Of a stretch of DNA of 64,000 nt, positions 19,764 to 30,493 are shown piece after piece (position 1 is the stretch's first letter; every line of letters starts with the position of its first letter). A model generated the notes under the pieces. That model ran no database searches. It was given only the letters and a program-made list of their open reading frames with translations, and was not told the DNA's origin. Origin of the DNA: Bdellovibrionota bacterium (GTDB lineage Bacteria > Bdellovibrionota_C > UBA2361 > JBIKWN01). The stretch spans positions 32,001 to 96,000 of the forward strand of contig JBIKWN010000002.1 in the NCBI GenBank assembly GCA_044356295.1, in the 5' to 3' direction. A program made the translations under genes and the position numbers.

Positions 19764-19798
19764 ACTGGTAATCTTAAAAAACCACTTGGAAAATTGCT

Positions 19799-20242
19799 AT
19801 GTCAGCACACATGCCTGAGTCCCTTGAATTGCTCCTTACAAATAATTCCTTTGGAATTCTGGGAACTCATTTTAGCGAAGATCGAACATTCCCATTTTGT
19901 TCTCTTGTTCAGTATATAAGAGAAAGCAAAACCTCTTTAATTCTTAAAACAGCCTATATAGCGGAGCACCATAAAAATTTGGAACATACTACCCATGCAA
20001 GCTTGTTTATCAGTGAAGTAGGACAAAATAATCAATCTTCAGGGGCTCGGTTAACACTTCTAATGGAGTGCGAACAGATTCCATCAGAATCAAGAGAAGC
20101 AATTCGAAGCCTCTGGAGTGCTAAGACTCAAAAAACAATTCCTGATGAAATTGAAAATAGTTTTTGCTATTGGCGAGCGACGATAAAAAAAATACGCTGG
20201 ATAGCAGGATTTGGTGAAATGGGTTGGGAGTCATATCTATGA
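19799..20242 (+). CDS. Pyridoxamine-oxidase-like split-barrel protein (HugZ-like)
   Basis: GILGT..FPFCSLV, AEHHKNL, ARLTL, IAGFG. Confidence 0.7.
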   Translation: MSAHMPESLELLLTNNSFGILGTHFSEDRTFPFCSLVQYIRESKTSLILKTAYIAEHHKNLEHTTHASLFISEVGQNNQSSGARLTLLMECEQIPSESREAIRSLWSAKTQKTIPDEIENSFCYWRATIKKIRWIAGFGEMGWESYL

Positions 20243-20796
20243 AAGATTTTTTTGTACATGAAAGTAGTTTTATTGATGACGGTGCGGTGATTGGTGCAGG
20301 TACTAAGATCTGGCACTTCTGTCATGTGCTTACCAAAACAACAATTGGAAAAAATTGTGTCTTTGGTCAAAACTGTGCCATTGGTCCAGATGTAGTTGTT
20401 GGTGATGGATGTAAAATTCAAAATAATGTATCCCTTTTTAAAGGTGTTACTTTAGAAAATAATGTTTTCTGTGGGCCTTCATGTGTTTTTACAAATGTCA
20501 TTAATCCAAGAGCATTTGTTAATAGAAAGGATAAGTTTAAGAATACTCTGGTCAAGGAAGGGGCATCTATTGGAGCGAATGCAACTATTCTTTGCGGGAT
20601 AACTATTGGGCGATATGCTCTTATCGGCGCGGGAGCCGTTGTAATAAAAGACGTTAAGGATTATGAAGTTGTTATTGGAGTTCCTGGAAAACATGGGGGT
20701 TGGGTTTGTGAGTGTGGTACGACTCTACAAAATATGATGTGTTCAAAATGCAAAACTAAGTATCGACTTGAAGGTGCTATTTTAAAAAAGGAATAA
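20239..20796 (+). CDS. wbpD: WbpD-like sugar N-acetyltransferase (hexapeptide repeat)
   Basis: GTKIWHFCHV, KIQNNVS, FCGPSCVFTNVINPR, GASIGANAT; ATG overlaps the upstream stop (ATGA). Confidence 0.85.
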   Translation: MKDFFVHESSFIDDGAVIGAGTKIWHFCHVLTKTTIGKNCVFGQNCAIGPDVVVGDGCKIQNNVSLFKGVTLENNVFCGPSCVFTNVINPRAFVNRKDKFKNTLVKEGASIGANATILCGITIGRYALIGAGAVVIKDVKDYEVVIGVPGKHGGWVCECGTTLQNMMCSKCKTKYRLEGAILKKE

Positions 20797-20931
20797 GTCC
20801 TTTTAATTGTAGCGGTAATAACAGCTAAAGCATGAGATAATCATCAATAAAATCAGCATATTACGAAAGAAGCGCTTGTTGCCTAACTTGCATCTAAATA
20901 TCTGTATATATTTAGAAATTTCTGAACGTTC

Positions 20932-22623
20932 ATGTCTTTTACTACTTCAAAACCTAGACTTGTATTCTTTACACCTGGAGAAAAATTTAGGGACATCTTA
21001 GCTCCAAACTGCTTTGAACCTATCGTTGAACGTGTAAACGTTTGGCTTGATCACTATTTTGAGGTCATTACCATTTCTGAAAATTGTGATTACAAAAAAG
21101 TAATTGAACAGCATAAACCCGATTACTGTCTTTTTGATGGTCTCATTGAAAGTCTTGCTAGACTTCGATTAGCTATTTCTAATTTAGATTCATATCCTGA
21201 GATCCCACGAGCAGGATTATGTCGTATTGATGCAATTTCACCATCTCGAGGAATTTGTTGGGAAGAATTTGATCGATTTGGTGTGGAAGCACTTTTTACA
21301 CTCGGCGATCTTTGTATGGGTGAATCATATCAAGAAATTGCTGATAAAGTATTTTATGTTCCATGGTTCATTAATCCATCAGTATATAAAGATTATAACG
21401 AACCAAAAAGTATTCCCGTTGTAATGTTTGGTAATTTTGATTCAAAACCTTGCTGCTATCCATGGCGTGCATCTGTGCGAGAGCCACTCTTACAAAATTT
21501 ACCAGCTCTCTACTACCGGCATCCGGGGTATTCAAAACAAGAACAAAAATCAAATTCTCTCGTATTGTACGGGGAATCATTTGCTCGAGCACTAAATGCG
21601 TCTTATGTTTCACCATCAAGTGGAGGCTTTACAAATATTGTAATTTCAAAACAAATTGAGATACCGGCCTGCAATTCTTTACTTATTACAAATGATGTCG
21701 AAGCAGTAAAATTGTACGGATTTAAGAATTTCGAAAACTGCTTGTTTGCAGATCAAGATGATATTGTACATGTGATCGAACGTGTTCTTAATGACAAAAA
21801 GCTTTATAATAATATTTGCTCAGCAGGTTTTGAATTTGCACATTCAAAACATACTCACATGCAAAGACCTCAATTATTACAGTGGTTTATGTTGAGAAAA
21901 AACCTGCAAAAGGGTTATAAAATTATACAACCAGATATTTTTGGCCCGCTCAAAGCTGTTCCTGAAGCATATCCAGAGCAGACGTATCACATTCAATGTA
22001 ATGATGTTTATAAAATCCTACATAAAGTAGATGAATGTATAAAAGAAAAAAAATATACAGAAGCAGATTTTCTTATAGATAAAATGATCGGATTTTGTTC
22101 TTACATGTCTGAGCCTAAAGTAAGGCGAATTATTATCCAGCTTCTGACAAAAAAAGCCAAAGATGCTGCATTATATTTTGGTGAGCTTCTAGATTTTAAA
22201 ACATCTATGGGAGGCATGGCATTTGATCCTCTTGAATGGGCACTATTCTTGGTTACGTTGGGACTATCTGGATACTATAAAGAACTCAACGAGTACATTC
22301 TTGTTGATTCTGATAGTGAAAGAGCAGAGCTCGACACTGTTCGATGGGCATTTCTCTCAATGCTAAATCGCACACAAGAATCGGAACAGTTTTTCTACAG
22401 AATTATCCTTGGAAGAAATGATAAGCATACATCAATACATAATTATCCAAAACATTCTCCTCTAGAAATTCTAAGGCAATTACAAAGTTTATATCAATTT
22501 TATGATAAACAATCAGAAGTCCAAGCACTCAATCAATTGATCGAACATTATCAAAAGGCTCAAAGTGCTCTTGCAGCAGCTGGACAATTAAGCATACCTA
22601 CTCAACAAAGTAATCCAGCTTAA
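20932..22623 (+). CDS. Putative glycosyltransferase (CgeB/Glyco_trans_1_2-like) with helical C-terminal domain
   Basis: YPWR, HPGY, SFARALN, KQIEIPAC..LL, GFKNFENC; paralog of 27729-29306. Confidence 0.65.
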   Translation: MSFTTSKPRLVFFTPGEKFRDILAPNCFEPIVERVNVWLDHYFEVITISENCDYKKVIEQHKPDYCLFDGLIESLARLRLAISNLDSYPEIPRAGLCRIDAISPSRGICWEEFDRFGVEALFTLGDLCMGESYQEIADKVFYVPWFINPSVYKDYNEPKSIPVVMFGNFDSKPCCYPWRASVREPLLQNLPALYYRHPGYSKQEQKSNSLVLYGESFARALNASYVSPSSGGFTNIVISKQIEIPACNSLLITNDVEAVKLYGFKNFENCLFADQDDIVHVIERVLNDKKLYNNICSAGFEFAHSKHTHMQRPQLLQWFMLRKNLQKGYKIIQPDIFGPLKAVPEAYPEQTYHIQCNDVYKILHKVDECIKEKKYTEADFLIDKMIGFCSYMSEPKVRRIIIQLLTKKAKDAALYFGELLDFKTSMGGMAFDPLEWALFLVTLGLSGYYKELNEYILVDSDSERAELDTVRWAFLSMLNRTQESEQFFYRIILGRNDKHTSIHNYPKHSPLEILRQLQSLYQFYDKQSEVQALNQLIEHYQKAQSALAAAGQLSIPTQQSNPA

Positions 22624-23433
22624 TTACTTGCGCACTATTATATACCGAAACCAACCATATCTTCGTGCGATTCCCCGTTTGAAAAAATTTGGTATGAGTC
22701 GCGTTATCCAATGGGGAAGACCAAAATAAAATGAAACAGTTTCTATCTGAGAAAATTTTGAAAATAATTTTTTTATATCATTCTCAGTCGTTGGAACGGT
22801 CCAAGCATTTCCTAACTGTTCCCAACCATCAGTCCACCTATTCCAAAGGTCTGCTTTGTTAAGATAGCTACTTTCTCTCTCAAAGACTCCTCTTATGAGG
22901 TGAACAAACATTGAAAAAACGGAATCTTTTGAATAGAGCATCAGCACTGCTTTTGCTCCAGGCTTTAATACTCGATGTACTTCGTCTATAGAATTCTGGA
23001 GATCTGGTGAGTGGTGCAATACACCAATTGAACAAACAAGGCTAAACGTTTCATGAGCAAATGGTAATGTTCTTGCATCACCACGATGTAAATCGGCAGT
23101 AAGCCCTCTTACAGAAAGTCGTTTTGATGTTAGATGAAAGGCTCTCTCTGTGAGATCGATGCCACTCATAACGATACCTTGTCGAATGAGCCATTCAGTA
23201 AGCCATCCACTGCCGTAACCAATTTCTAATCCACGTTGCCCTTGAAGCTCTTCTGGTTTAACAAACTCTCGAATTATATCTTCATAGCGTGGGCCCGCGT
23301 CGTATCTATAATTTAAAATGCAAGCGTCAATATCATCGAAATATTCTTTATTGGTCTCTGTATGGTACGTTTCTCCGTATAGCTGAGGATTTGAATCCCA
23401 CCATGATGCAACTTCTTCAATAGTCTCTGTCAT
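22624..23433 (-). CDS. Class I SAM-dependent methyltransferase
   Basis: LEIGYGSG, GIDL, GDARTLPF, GVLHHSPD, EVHRVLKPG. Confidence 0.88.
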   Translation of the reverse strand: MTETIEEVASWWDSNPQLYGETYHTETNKEYFDDIDACILNYRYDAGPRYEDIIREFVKPEELQGQRGLEIGYGSGWLTEWLIRQGIVMSGIDLTERAFHLTSKRLSVRGLTADLHRGDARTLPFAHETFSLVCSIGVLHHSPDLQNSIDEVHRVLKPGAKAVLMLYSKDSVFSMFVHLIRGVFERESSYLNKADLWNRWTDGWEQLGNAWTVPTTENDIKKLFSKFSQIETVSFYFGLPHWITRLIPNFFKRGIARRYGWFRYIIVRK

Positions 23434-23972
23434 TATTTAAGCCTTTTACATTTTAAATCAGAACTCCAAGCAAAATGACTAAGAAGTCCAAAAATATAAA
23501 TACAGGGTAGACATAGTATAAGTGCAAAATTTAATATCCATCTCCCGACAGTCCGTTGGAGGACGAGAATAACCCAAGACAGAAGAGAGAGCCGAATTAG
23601 ACGAAGTCTGCTACTGATTACATATGAACGACGCAGGGATCCAAAAAGTGCGAATAATTCACGTGAACCACCACCTTCACCAAGCGGCCCACTTTCTGCA
23701 GTAACCACACAATCAAATTTTTTATAAAGCCGTGTCAGAATTTTTTCAAAACTCAGAATATTACAAAGTGTAATCGGTCTACTTGGTTCATACCCACAAA
23801 CGAGCACATTATTTGCTACTGTTTGAGGTATGAGATCTTTATAGTATGGAGGGACAAGAACTGAAATAGAACTACCCGGAAATTTTTTTCTAAGGAAATC
23901 TACCTGATGTAAAAAAAGATGTATATCGCTCCCTTTTAAAACAAGAATATTCTTCACATCAGAATCTTTCAT
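23433..23972 (-). CDS. Hypothetical protein with C-terminal TM segment
   Basis: 179-aa ORF coupled to the methyltransferase. Confidence 0.55.
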   Translation of the reverse strand: MKDSDVKNILVLKGSDIHLFLHQVDFLRKKFPGSSISVLVPPYYKDLIPQTVANNVLVCGYEPSRPITLCNILSFEKILTRLYKKFDCVVTAESGPLGEGGGSRELFALFGSLRRSYVISSRLRLIRLSLLSWVILVLQRTVGRWILNFALILCLPCIYIFGLLSHFAWSSDLKCKRLK

Positions 23973-24021
23973 AGAGTGAGCTTACACAAACAGTCAAGAA
24001 TCCCGCAAGGAGTATCCTATT

Positions 24022-24960
24022 TCACAGTAATGCTTCTATTTTTTTCTGAATCAATTTAAAAGTTGCCAGATCGCGCGCAGGGGCACCAACAACGATTGCA
24101 CCTTCTGGTACGTCTTTGGTGATTACTGAAGCAAGACCAACAAAGACATCACTTGAAATATGAACATGATCTCTCACGGCAGTTGAAGGTGCTATCCATA
24201 CTCGATCATCAATAGTAGTACTTCCTCCTATCATTGCATGAGCAATAAGCATCGAATATTTTCCAATGATGACGTTATGAGCTACATGAACGAGATTATC
24301 AATTTTTGAACCTTCACCGATGACTGTCGAACCAAATACTCCACGATCAATTGAAGTGTTTGTTCCAATTTCAACATCATTTTCAATAACAACATTTCCA
24401 ATATGTGGAAAATGTTCAAGCGCACCATGCTCATTTCGTTCATAACCAAACCCTGGAGCTCCAATAACTGTTCCTGATTGTATGCAAACCCCATTACCAA
24501 TTTTTGTATCTTTATAAATATGAACACCTGAGTCAATTTTACAGTTATCACCAATTTCTACATTTTCACCTATAACTACGTAAGCACCAAGAAAACAGTT
24601 TTTACCAATTCTTGCAGACGAATCAATCACTGCTGTCTTATGAACCGAGGCAGTACCTCTCGGAAGAAAAAAATGATTGATGGTACGGATCACGTGTAGG
24701 CGAGGTTGTGGACTAAGAATAAGTTGCTTGTGTAGTAGCGTTTCAAATTCAGCTTTCTTTTCCCATTCCTCAGGTACGATGAAGGCACCTCCTCGACTTT
24801 GAAGAATAAGCGGCATTCCTTCTTCAAGTTTTAATGAACAAAAGCTGATAGAAGAATTCGTTGCTGCTGATAAAGCAGTGACGGCAGTAACTTTAAAATC
24901 TTTATCTGATCCTTTGAAGGGTAATTTTAGAAAGGAGGCAATCTCGAATACAGTTGTCAT
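24022..24960 (-). CDS. LpxD-like hexapeptide acyltransferase
   Basis: GAPGFGY, HIGNVVIENDVEIG, IDRG, KIDNLVHVAHNV. Confidence 0.8.
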   Translation of the reverse strand: MTTVFEIASFLKLPFKGSDKDFKVTAVTALSAATNSSISFCSLKLEEGMPLILQSRGGAFIVPEEWEKKAEFETLLHKQLILSPQPRLHVIRTINHFFLPRGTASVHKTAVIDSSARIGKNCFLGAYVVIGENVEIGDNCKIDSGVHIYKDTKIGNGVCIQSGTVIGAPGFGYERNEHGALEHFPHIGNVVIENDVEIGTNTSIDRGVFGSTVIGEGSKIDNLVHVAHNVIIGKYSMLIAHAMIGGSTTIDDRVWIAPSTAVRDHVHISSDVFVGLASVITKDVPEGAIVVGAPARDLATFKLIQKKIEALL

Positions 24961-25015
24961 TCATGAAGTATAGGCGAGATATATTATTTCTTGAATAGAT
25001 AAATCTGCGCTGCCA

Positions 25016-26938
25016 TTACATCTGTTTAACACCTATCAATTCATGCTTTGGACGATCAATAAATTGCTCTATAAAGGACTCTAAGTAAACAAGCGACCAT
25101 ATCAGTAGCCTCCTGTTAACGGCCCCTGTTAGATGCTCCTGCACCAAGCTTTCGACAGTAGCAAAATCAAGATACTGATAAATTTTAGCTTTTGGTGATA
25201 AGATTTTTCTTCGTACAAACTCAATGCTTTCACCTTTGAACCAACTTGCATCAGGCGCGCTAAATCCTTGCTTACGGCGCTCTGAAACTTCAGGAGGAAC
25301 GAATCGTTTCATAACATGACGAAGAATTAATTTGCCATCAGTAGATTCATTAAAGAACTTAGAAAGCTTTGCTTGATTTTCGTTTTCATTGAATCGAGTA
25401 ATTGTATCAATATTACTGAGCTTCAAATGAACTGGAATAGTCATAGCATAATCGACTAAGTCATTATCTAGAAATGGAACACGCGTTTCTAAGCCATGCG
25501 CCATACTTAATTTATCTTCTACGACAAGTAATCCATGCAAAAATGTTTTAGCTTCAAAACAGAGCGAGCGATTAATATAATCCTCCGCTGAGTTCATCGG
25601 CCCAGGAATCTGTGAAAGTACCGAACGAAAAATCTCTTTAGGATCACCTGTAGCACCACTCGAACGAAGAGGCTGAACAACTTTTGCATATGCTTCACCA
25701 GGCAACATTCTTTGCCAAAAACCAAAATAGTGATCAACATAATCATCAAAAGATTGATCGGCTGATGCTTTAAAATAACGCCATGGATATCCAGCAAATA
25801 GTTCATCACCTCCGGATCCAGATAAACAAACCTTGACAAACTTACTTGCTAATTTGGATGAGTAATAAATGGGATAGGATTGACCAACACGCGGCTCTTC
25901 GAGGTGCCATGTTAAAGCACCCATACACCGCTCCATATCTCCTGCTTTTAATACTATCTCATAGTGCTCACTTTTAAACAGATTTGAAAGCTGCTCTGCT
26001 ATTCGTCTTTCATCAAATGTCAGTTCGATTCCACTTGCAGAGGACAGATCGAAACCACAGGTAAATGTTTGAAGATAGGGCAAATTTCTTGAAGCAATAC
26101 CAGTAATAGATCCCGAATCAATTCCTCCACTCAAATAAGATCCGACGGTCACATCACTCACGAGTTGTTTACGTACAGCATTTTCAAAAAGCGATGCAAT
26201 CTTTTCTTCTGCTTGTTCTGGAGTATCCGAAAAAGATGAAGAATCAAATGAAAAATCCCAATATCGTTTTGCTTCTGTTAATACAGACGATTGTAACGAG
26301 ATACGTCGGTATGAACCCGCATCAAGCATCCGCACATTTTTGAAGAGTGTTTTATCTGTAAAAAAATTCTGGAATCCAAGATATTCGATGAGTCCTTCAG
26401 GATCTATTGCAACATCGAATGAAGGAAATGGGAAAAATGCTTTTACTTCCGATGCAAACAGAAACGCTTGATTTGGTATCTCAACCATATACAGTGGCTT
26501 AATACCATAGCGATCTCGTGCTAAAATAAGTTCTCGTGTTTTTTTGTCCCAAATTCCGAATGCAAACATGCCATCAAAGCGTTCAAGACAAGATATTCCC
26601 CACTTATCAAATGCGGCTAGAATTACTTCGGTATCAGACGTTGAGTGAAATGTATAACCATCTGACTGTAATAGATTTCGAATCTCAATGAAGTTATAGA
26701 TTTCACCGTTGAATGTAATGACCAGTCTGTTATCTGAAGACACCATTGGTTGATGACCATTACTGGTAAGATCAAGAATTGATAAGCGCCTATGACCAAA
26801 ACCAATAGGAGCATCGGAATCTACATAAATCCCCTCATCATTAGGGCCACGGTGACTAAGTTGACGAGTCATCGCCGTAAGAATTTCTGGGGCAACAGGT
26901 TGCCCATTCAAATTCAAAATTCCAATAATGCCGCACAT
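25016..26938 (-). CDS. asnB: Asparagine synthase-like amidotransferase (glutamine-hydrolysing)
   Basis: MCGI start at 26938, HRGP, GHRRLSILD, NGEIYN, SGGIDS, GSGGDE, RVPFLD. Confidence 0.92.
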   Translation of the reverse strand: MCGIIGILNLNGQPVAPEILTAMTRQLSHRGPNDEGIYVDSDAPIGFGHRRLSILDLTSNGHQPMVSSDNRLVITFNGEIYNFIEIRNLLQSDGYTFHSTSDTEVILAAFDKWGISCLERFDGMFAFGIWDKKTRELILARDRYGIKPLYMVEIPNQAFLFASEVKAFFPFPSFDVAIDPEGLIEYLGFQNFFTDKTLFKNVRMLDAGSYRRISLQSSVLTEAKRYWDFSFDSSSFSDTPEQAEEKIASLFENAVRKQLVSDVTVGSYLSGGIDSGSITGIASRNLPYLQTFTCGFDLSSASGIELTFDERRIAEQLSNLFKSEHYEIVLKAGDMERCMGALTWHLEEPRVGQSYPIYYSSKLASKFVKVCLSGSGGDELFAGYPWRYFKASADQSFDDYVDHYFGFWQRMLPGEAYAKVVQPLRSSGATGDPKEIFRSVLSQIPGPMNSAEDYINRSLCFEAKTFLHGLLVVEDKLSMAHGLETRVPFLDNDLVDYAMTIPVHLKLSNIDTITRFNENENQAKLSKFFNESTDGKLILRHVMKRFVPPEVSERRKQGFSAPDASWFKGESIEFVRRKILSPKAKIYQYLDFATVESLVQEHLTGAVNRRLLIWSLVYLESFIEQFIDRPKHELIGVKQM

Positions 26939-26956
26939 AAGATAGAGTATATTCTG

Positions 26957-27739
26957 ATGAGTACTAACTCTAACTCGGTGCAGATCACAATGCATCATTA
27001 TAAAAGAATGCTTTCATTGACGAAGGAGCGATTTAGCTTTGCCTTGATAAGTACGCTTAAAAGCCTTTCTACCCTTCCCACAACGACCTGTTTCTTGCGT
27101 CATGACGTTGATCTCTCACCAGAAAAAGCGCTAGAAATGGCTGAAATTGAGGCTTCTCAGGGTATTTATTCTACATACTATGTTTTACTAAGATCTCCTT
27201 TTTATAATGCCTTAACGAAAAAAAACATTGAGATATGGAAAACAATCCTGAACCTGGGTCATGAAATTGGCCTCCATTTTGATCCCAATGCCTATGATAT
27301 GCTCGATAAAAGAACAGATGCGTGGCTTGAGAAACTTAAACAAGAAGTTGAAATTTTTGAAAAAGAACTTTTTTGCTCTGTTCAATCATTTTCGTTCCAT
27401 AATCCTAACGCCGGCACATGGGACACCCTAAAAAGTAACGAGTATATTAATCTGATAAATGCTTCATGTTCTTTAATACAGCAGGCTTCCTTTTACAGCG
27501 ATTCTAGGGGCGAACTTAAGAAGGGTCCATATGAATCCTTCCTTCAGTCTATTCCAGAACAAGGTTCAATCTACGTTCTCATACATCCTGATTGGTGGTT
27601 CGATGTTGACTTGTCAATGGAAGACAAAATTATTCAAGCTGCAAATTTGCAAAGCGAAAATGCACTTCAGTACTGGGAGAAAATTGTATACGAAGACGGT
27701 GGAACAATTAATTTAAGACAAAGACATATCAAGCAATAA
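26957..27739 (+). CDS. Polysaccharide deacetylase-like protein; start uncertain
   Basis: LRHDVD, STYY, GHEIGLHFD, SFHNP, YSDSRG, LIHP.WW. Confidence 0.7.
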   Translation: MSTNSNSVQITMHHYKRMLSLTKERFSFALISTLKSLSTLPTTTCFLRHDVDLSPEKALEMAEIEASQGIYSTYYVLLRSPFYNALTKKNIEIWKTILNLGHEIGLHFDPNAYDMLDKRTDAWLEKLKQEVEIFEKELFCSVQSFSFHNPNAGTWDTLKSNEYINLINASCSLIQQASFYSDSRGELKKGPYESFLQSIPEQGSIYVLIHPDWWFDVDLSMEDKIIQAANLQSENALQYWEKIVYEDGGTINLRQRHIKQ

Positions 27740-29306
27740 TTTGATCTATCACTTTTTCATTCGAGTCATGTGAGTTTCTTAGAATGCCTTGCAATCGTGC
27801 TTGATCCCATAGATAGCCTGAAAGAACACTCATCTGGCATCGCTCTAAAATTACATCGATAATGTTTAATACTTTATCAACTGAAATACTTCCAAATTGA
27901 TGTATTGTCTGTACTTGTTTTTTATTGCTCGTCAATGAATGAGCATAAGAATCTGAAAGCTGCTTTTCATCTAATGCAACCGCCAATACCCATCGAACGA
28001 CATCAAGTTCCGTTCGACGCATCGTCGGATATAACATTAATTGCCCACGTGCACTTTCAAAATCTCTATTTAAGAAAATGCATAAAAGGAGCATTGCCCA
28101 TTGAATTGGATCTGGTTGCTCAGATCCAAGATGAAATCTATTTACAACAAGTGGCGATATAATATTAATCGCTTCACTTGGTAATCCCTGTAAAAGTTTT
28201 ATAAAAGAATGCCTCAGCACCATTCCTGGTGCCCAAGGGACACTTGTTGTTAGTTCACTAGCCAGTCTTTCGGCAAGTTCCAACTCTCCCAGTGCTATCA
28301 GATCGTCAATTCTTCGAGCTGTTAAATCAAGCTTTGAAGCTTCAGAAGAATTCCGCAATTCGTTCCGTACTGATTTACCGTAATACCAATCAATAAGCTC
28401 TGTTCTATTACTTACTAGAAAACGTTTTTTTACTAAATCTTGTCCCTTTTTAGCCATTAATGACAATCTCTCAGGATTTAAAAGGGCGAACTTAATCATC
28501 GAATAGATTTCATCAACTTCCGGCATTAAGCAATTCTCAAGATGTTTAAATCCGAGTCTTTTCAGCGACAATAAAGGCGGCATGACTACTAATGAACCTT
28601 TAGCCGCAATCTGCAATGCCAAGTTTTCTGGTGGCATACCTATAGTATCTAGACATAAACCAATTAAGGTTGCTTTATTGGTAACTTGTAACTGATCTCT
28701 TGTAAAATTATTGATGCCCATCGCGCTCATATCTAAACAAGCAATTGTATCAATAAGTGTGTTTTTTGCGATTTTAGACCATGATGAAAGTGGCGATCCA
28801 TCACTTGAATCATTAAACATTGCTACTGGTATACGACGAGACGCTGGAGAATCAAAAATTTCACACTCATCTATAAATGGCGGTATTGTTACTAATGTAT
28901 CAATAAGCTCATTAAAATCATCAACATCAGCAGTGGGAGCGAGAGAAAATACTTTTGTAACACCATGTAAATTAAATAGTTCGTATGAAGCACCAAACGA
29001 TACAGATTGCGTTCCTTTTCTCGTTAGACCAGCGCGAGGTATTTCGGGGCAAAGATGACTATTACTTATATTAAATCGACATCGATGCATTTCCTCAGTA
29101 ACACCATCAAATAATAACATGTCTGGCTTATGTTCTGAGATAATAGAACTTAAATCACAATTTTCTGAGATAACAATAAGATGAAAAAAAGTCGACAGCC
29201 ACACTTCAACCTTTTCGACATACGATTCGAAGTGAGCAGGACTCATAAGCTCACGCAACCGTTGACTAGGGCTGAAAAAAATTAATGTAGGCTTGCCATT
29301 CATCAT
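27729..29306 (-). CDS. Putative glycosyltransferase-like protein, divergent paralog of 20932-22623
   Basis: Shared N-terminus (KPxLxFF..FE..VExVxVWL..F..I.ISENCD..HKPD..LFDG, PEIPRAG) and C-terminal DP..WA..L / R.ELD.VRW. Confidence 0.6.
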   Translation of the reverse strand: MMNGKPTLIFFSPSQRLRELMSPAHFESYVEKVEVWLSTFFHLIVISENCDLSSIISEHKPDMLLFDGVTEEMHRCRFNISNSHLCPEIPRAGLTRKGTQSVSFGASYELFNLHGVTKVFSLAPTADVDDFNELIDTLVTIPPFIDECEIFDSPASRRIPVAMFNDSSDGSPLSSWSKIAKNTLIDTIACLDMSAMGINNFTRDQLQVTNKATLIGLCLDTIGMPPENLALQIAAKGSLVVMPPLLSLKRLGFKHLENCLMPEVDEIYSMIKFALLNPERLSLMAKKGQDLVKKRFLVSNRTELIDWYYGKSVRNELRNSSEASKLDLTARRIDDLIALGELELAERLASELTTSVPWAPGMVLRHSFIKLLQGLPSEAINIISPLVVNRFHLGSEQPDPIQWAMLLLCIFLNRDFESARGQLMLYPTMRRTELDVVRWVLAVALDEKQLSDSYAHSLTSNKKQVQTIHQFGSISVDKVLNIIDVILERCQMSVLSGYLWDQARLQGILRNSHDSNEKVIDQIIA

Positions 29307-29311
29307 GTACG

Positions 29312-30259
29312 TTATAATCGAAGGCCATCAAAAAACTCATGATAGTCTCCTCGCAGTCCAACAGGGGTAGCATTTCGAATTGAAGAAACAAGCTCGATTG
29401 AAGGAGCCGCATCATTCAACCCAAAGCCAGTTCCATCAAGAATATGTTGATAAGAAATAGTATGAAGATCGGTAAAACCATCTGAAAATTCAAGTTCCTG
29501 ACCATTAACAGAAATAGAACGGTACGTTCGTTTACCCTGTGATAAAACTGCCTCAGGAATATCATTACTATTAATTGAAAGAAACCAACGAACACGTGCT
29601 TTTTCAAGTTCTATGTATCCCCCTGCTCTTCGAGGTTCCAATACATGCACAGTACTCTGTTGCACTTTACCAAAAGTATCCATTAGCATATCAAAGAAAT
29701 GAATACCTATGTTGGTAACAACTCCGCCTGATTTTGTTTGATCACCTTTCCATGAAATATCATACCAACGACCACGTGACGTAATGTATGTAAGATCAAT
29801 ATCTAGTTTTGTATTTGATGTATCAGCTTGCATCGTTTTTTTAAACGACTGAATCGCAGGATGATGACGAAGTTGTAGAATTGAGTGAATTTTTTTACCG
29901 GTTTCAATTTCAAGTTCACGAAGTAGATCAAGGTTTCTTGGATTTATAACAAGTGGTTTTTCACAGATAGCATCACTTCCATTTCGAAGTGCGGTACGAC
30001 AATGTGAATCATGTAAATAATTTGGAGAACAAATTGAAATATAATCTGCACCCTGACCTTTACGACGTAATTTATCAATATGTCGATCGAACCTTTCAAA
30101 CTCAACAAAAAATGCCGCCTCTGGAAAGAAGCTATCAATCACGCCAACACAATCATGTGGATCGACAGCAGCAACAAGTTCGCAACCATTATCTTTTATT
30201 GCTTTTAAATGTCTGGGTGCTATGAATCCTGCAGCGCCTGTTAAACCAAACCGCTTCAT
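29312..30259 (-). CDS. wbpB: UDP-GlcNAcA 3-dehydrogenase (WbpB, Gfo/Idh/MocA family)
   Basis: GAAGFIAPRHL, FERFDRH, ICSPNYLHD, CEKP, YITSRG.WY..SWKG, NIGIHFFD, EFSDGFTDLH. Confidence 0.9.
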   Translation of the reverse strand: MKRFGLTGAAGFIAPRHLKAIKDNGCELVAAVDPHDCVGVIDSFFPEAAFFVEFERFDRHIDKLRRKGQGADYISICSPNYLHDSHCRTALRNGSDAICEKPLVINPRNLDLLRELEIETGKKIHSILQLRHHPAIQSFKKTMQADTSNTKLDIDLTYITSRGRWYDISWKGDQTKSGGVVTNIGIHFFDMLMDTFGKVQQSTVHVLEPRRAGGYIELEKARVRWFLSINSNDIPEAVLSQGKRTYRSISVNGQELEFSDGFTDLHTISYQHILDGTGFGLNDAAPSIELVSSIRNATPVGLRGDYHEFFDGLRL

Positions 30260-30493
30260 GTGATACCTTTCCTTGGTAATTTCTAGTGCCATAGGGATTT
30301 AGATGCAAAAAAGTAAAACTGGATTTCGTTGCATTTATACTGCCATCAAATCAAAATATTTTACTTTGGCTGTGGATAGTTCCACGCAATGGCCCTAATA
30401 AACAAAATTATTACAGCTAGTTAGAGATATTTCTCTAACTAGAACTCAATCCTTGAAATTAATCATCTAAATATTGAGAACGGAGACAATGAA

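Noticed and set aside
24022..24960. Canonical lipid A lpxD
   Set aside because: It is not in a bamA-skp-fabZ-lpxA context and its C-terminus is short, so the symbol was withheld.
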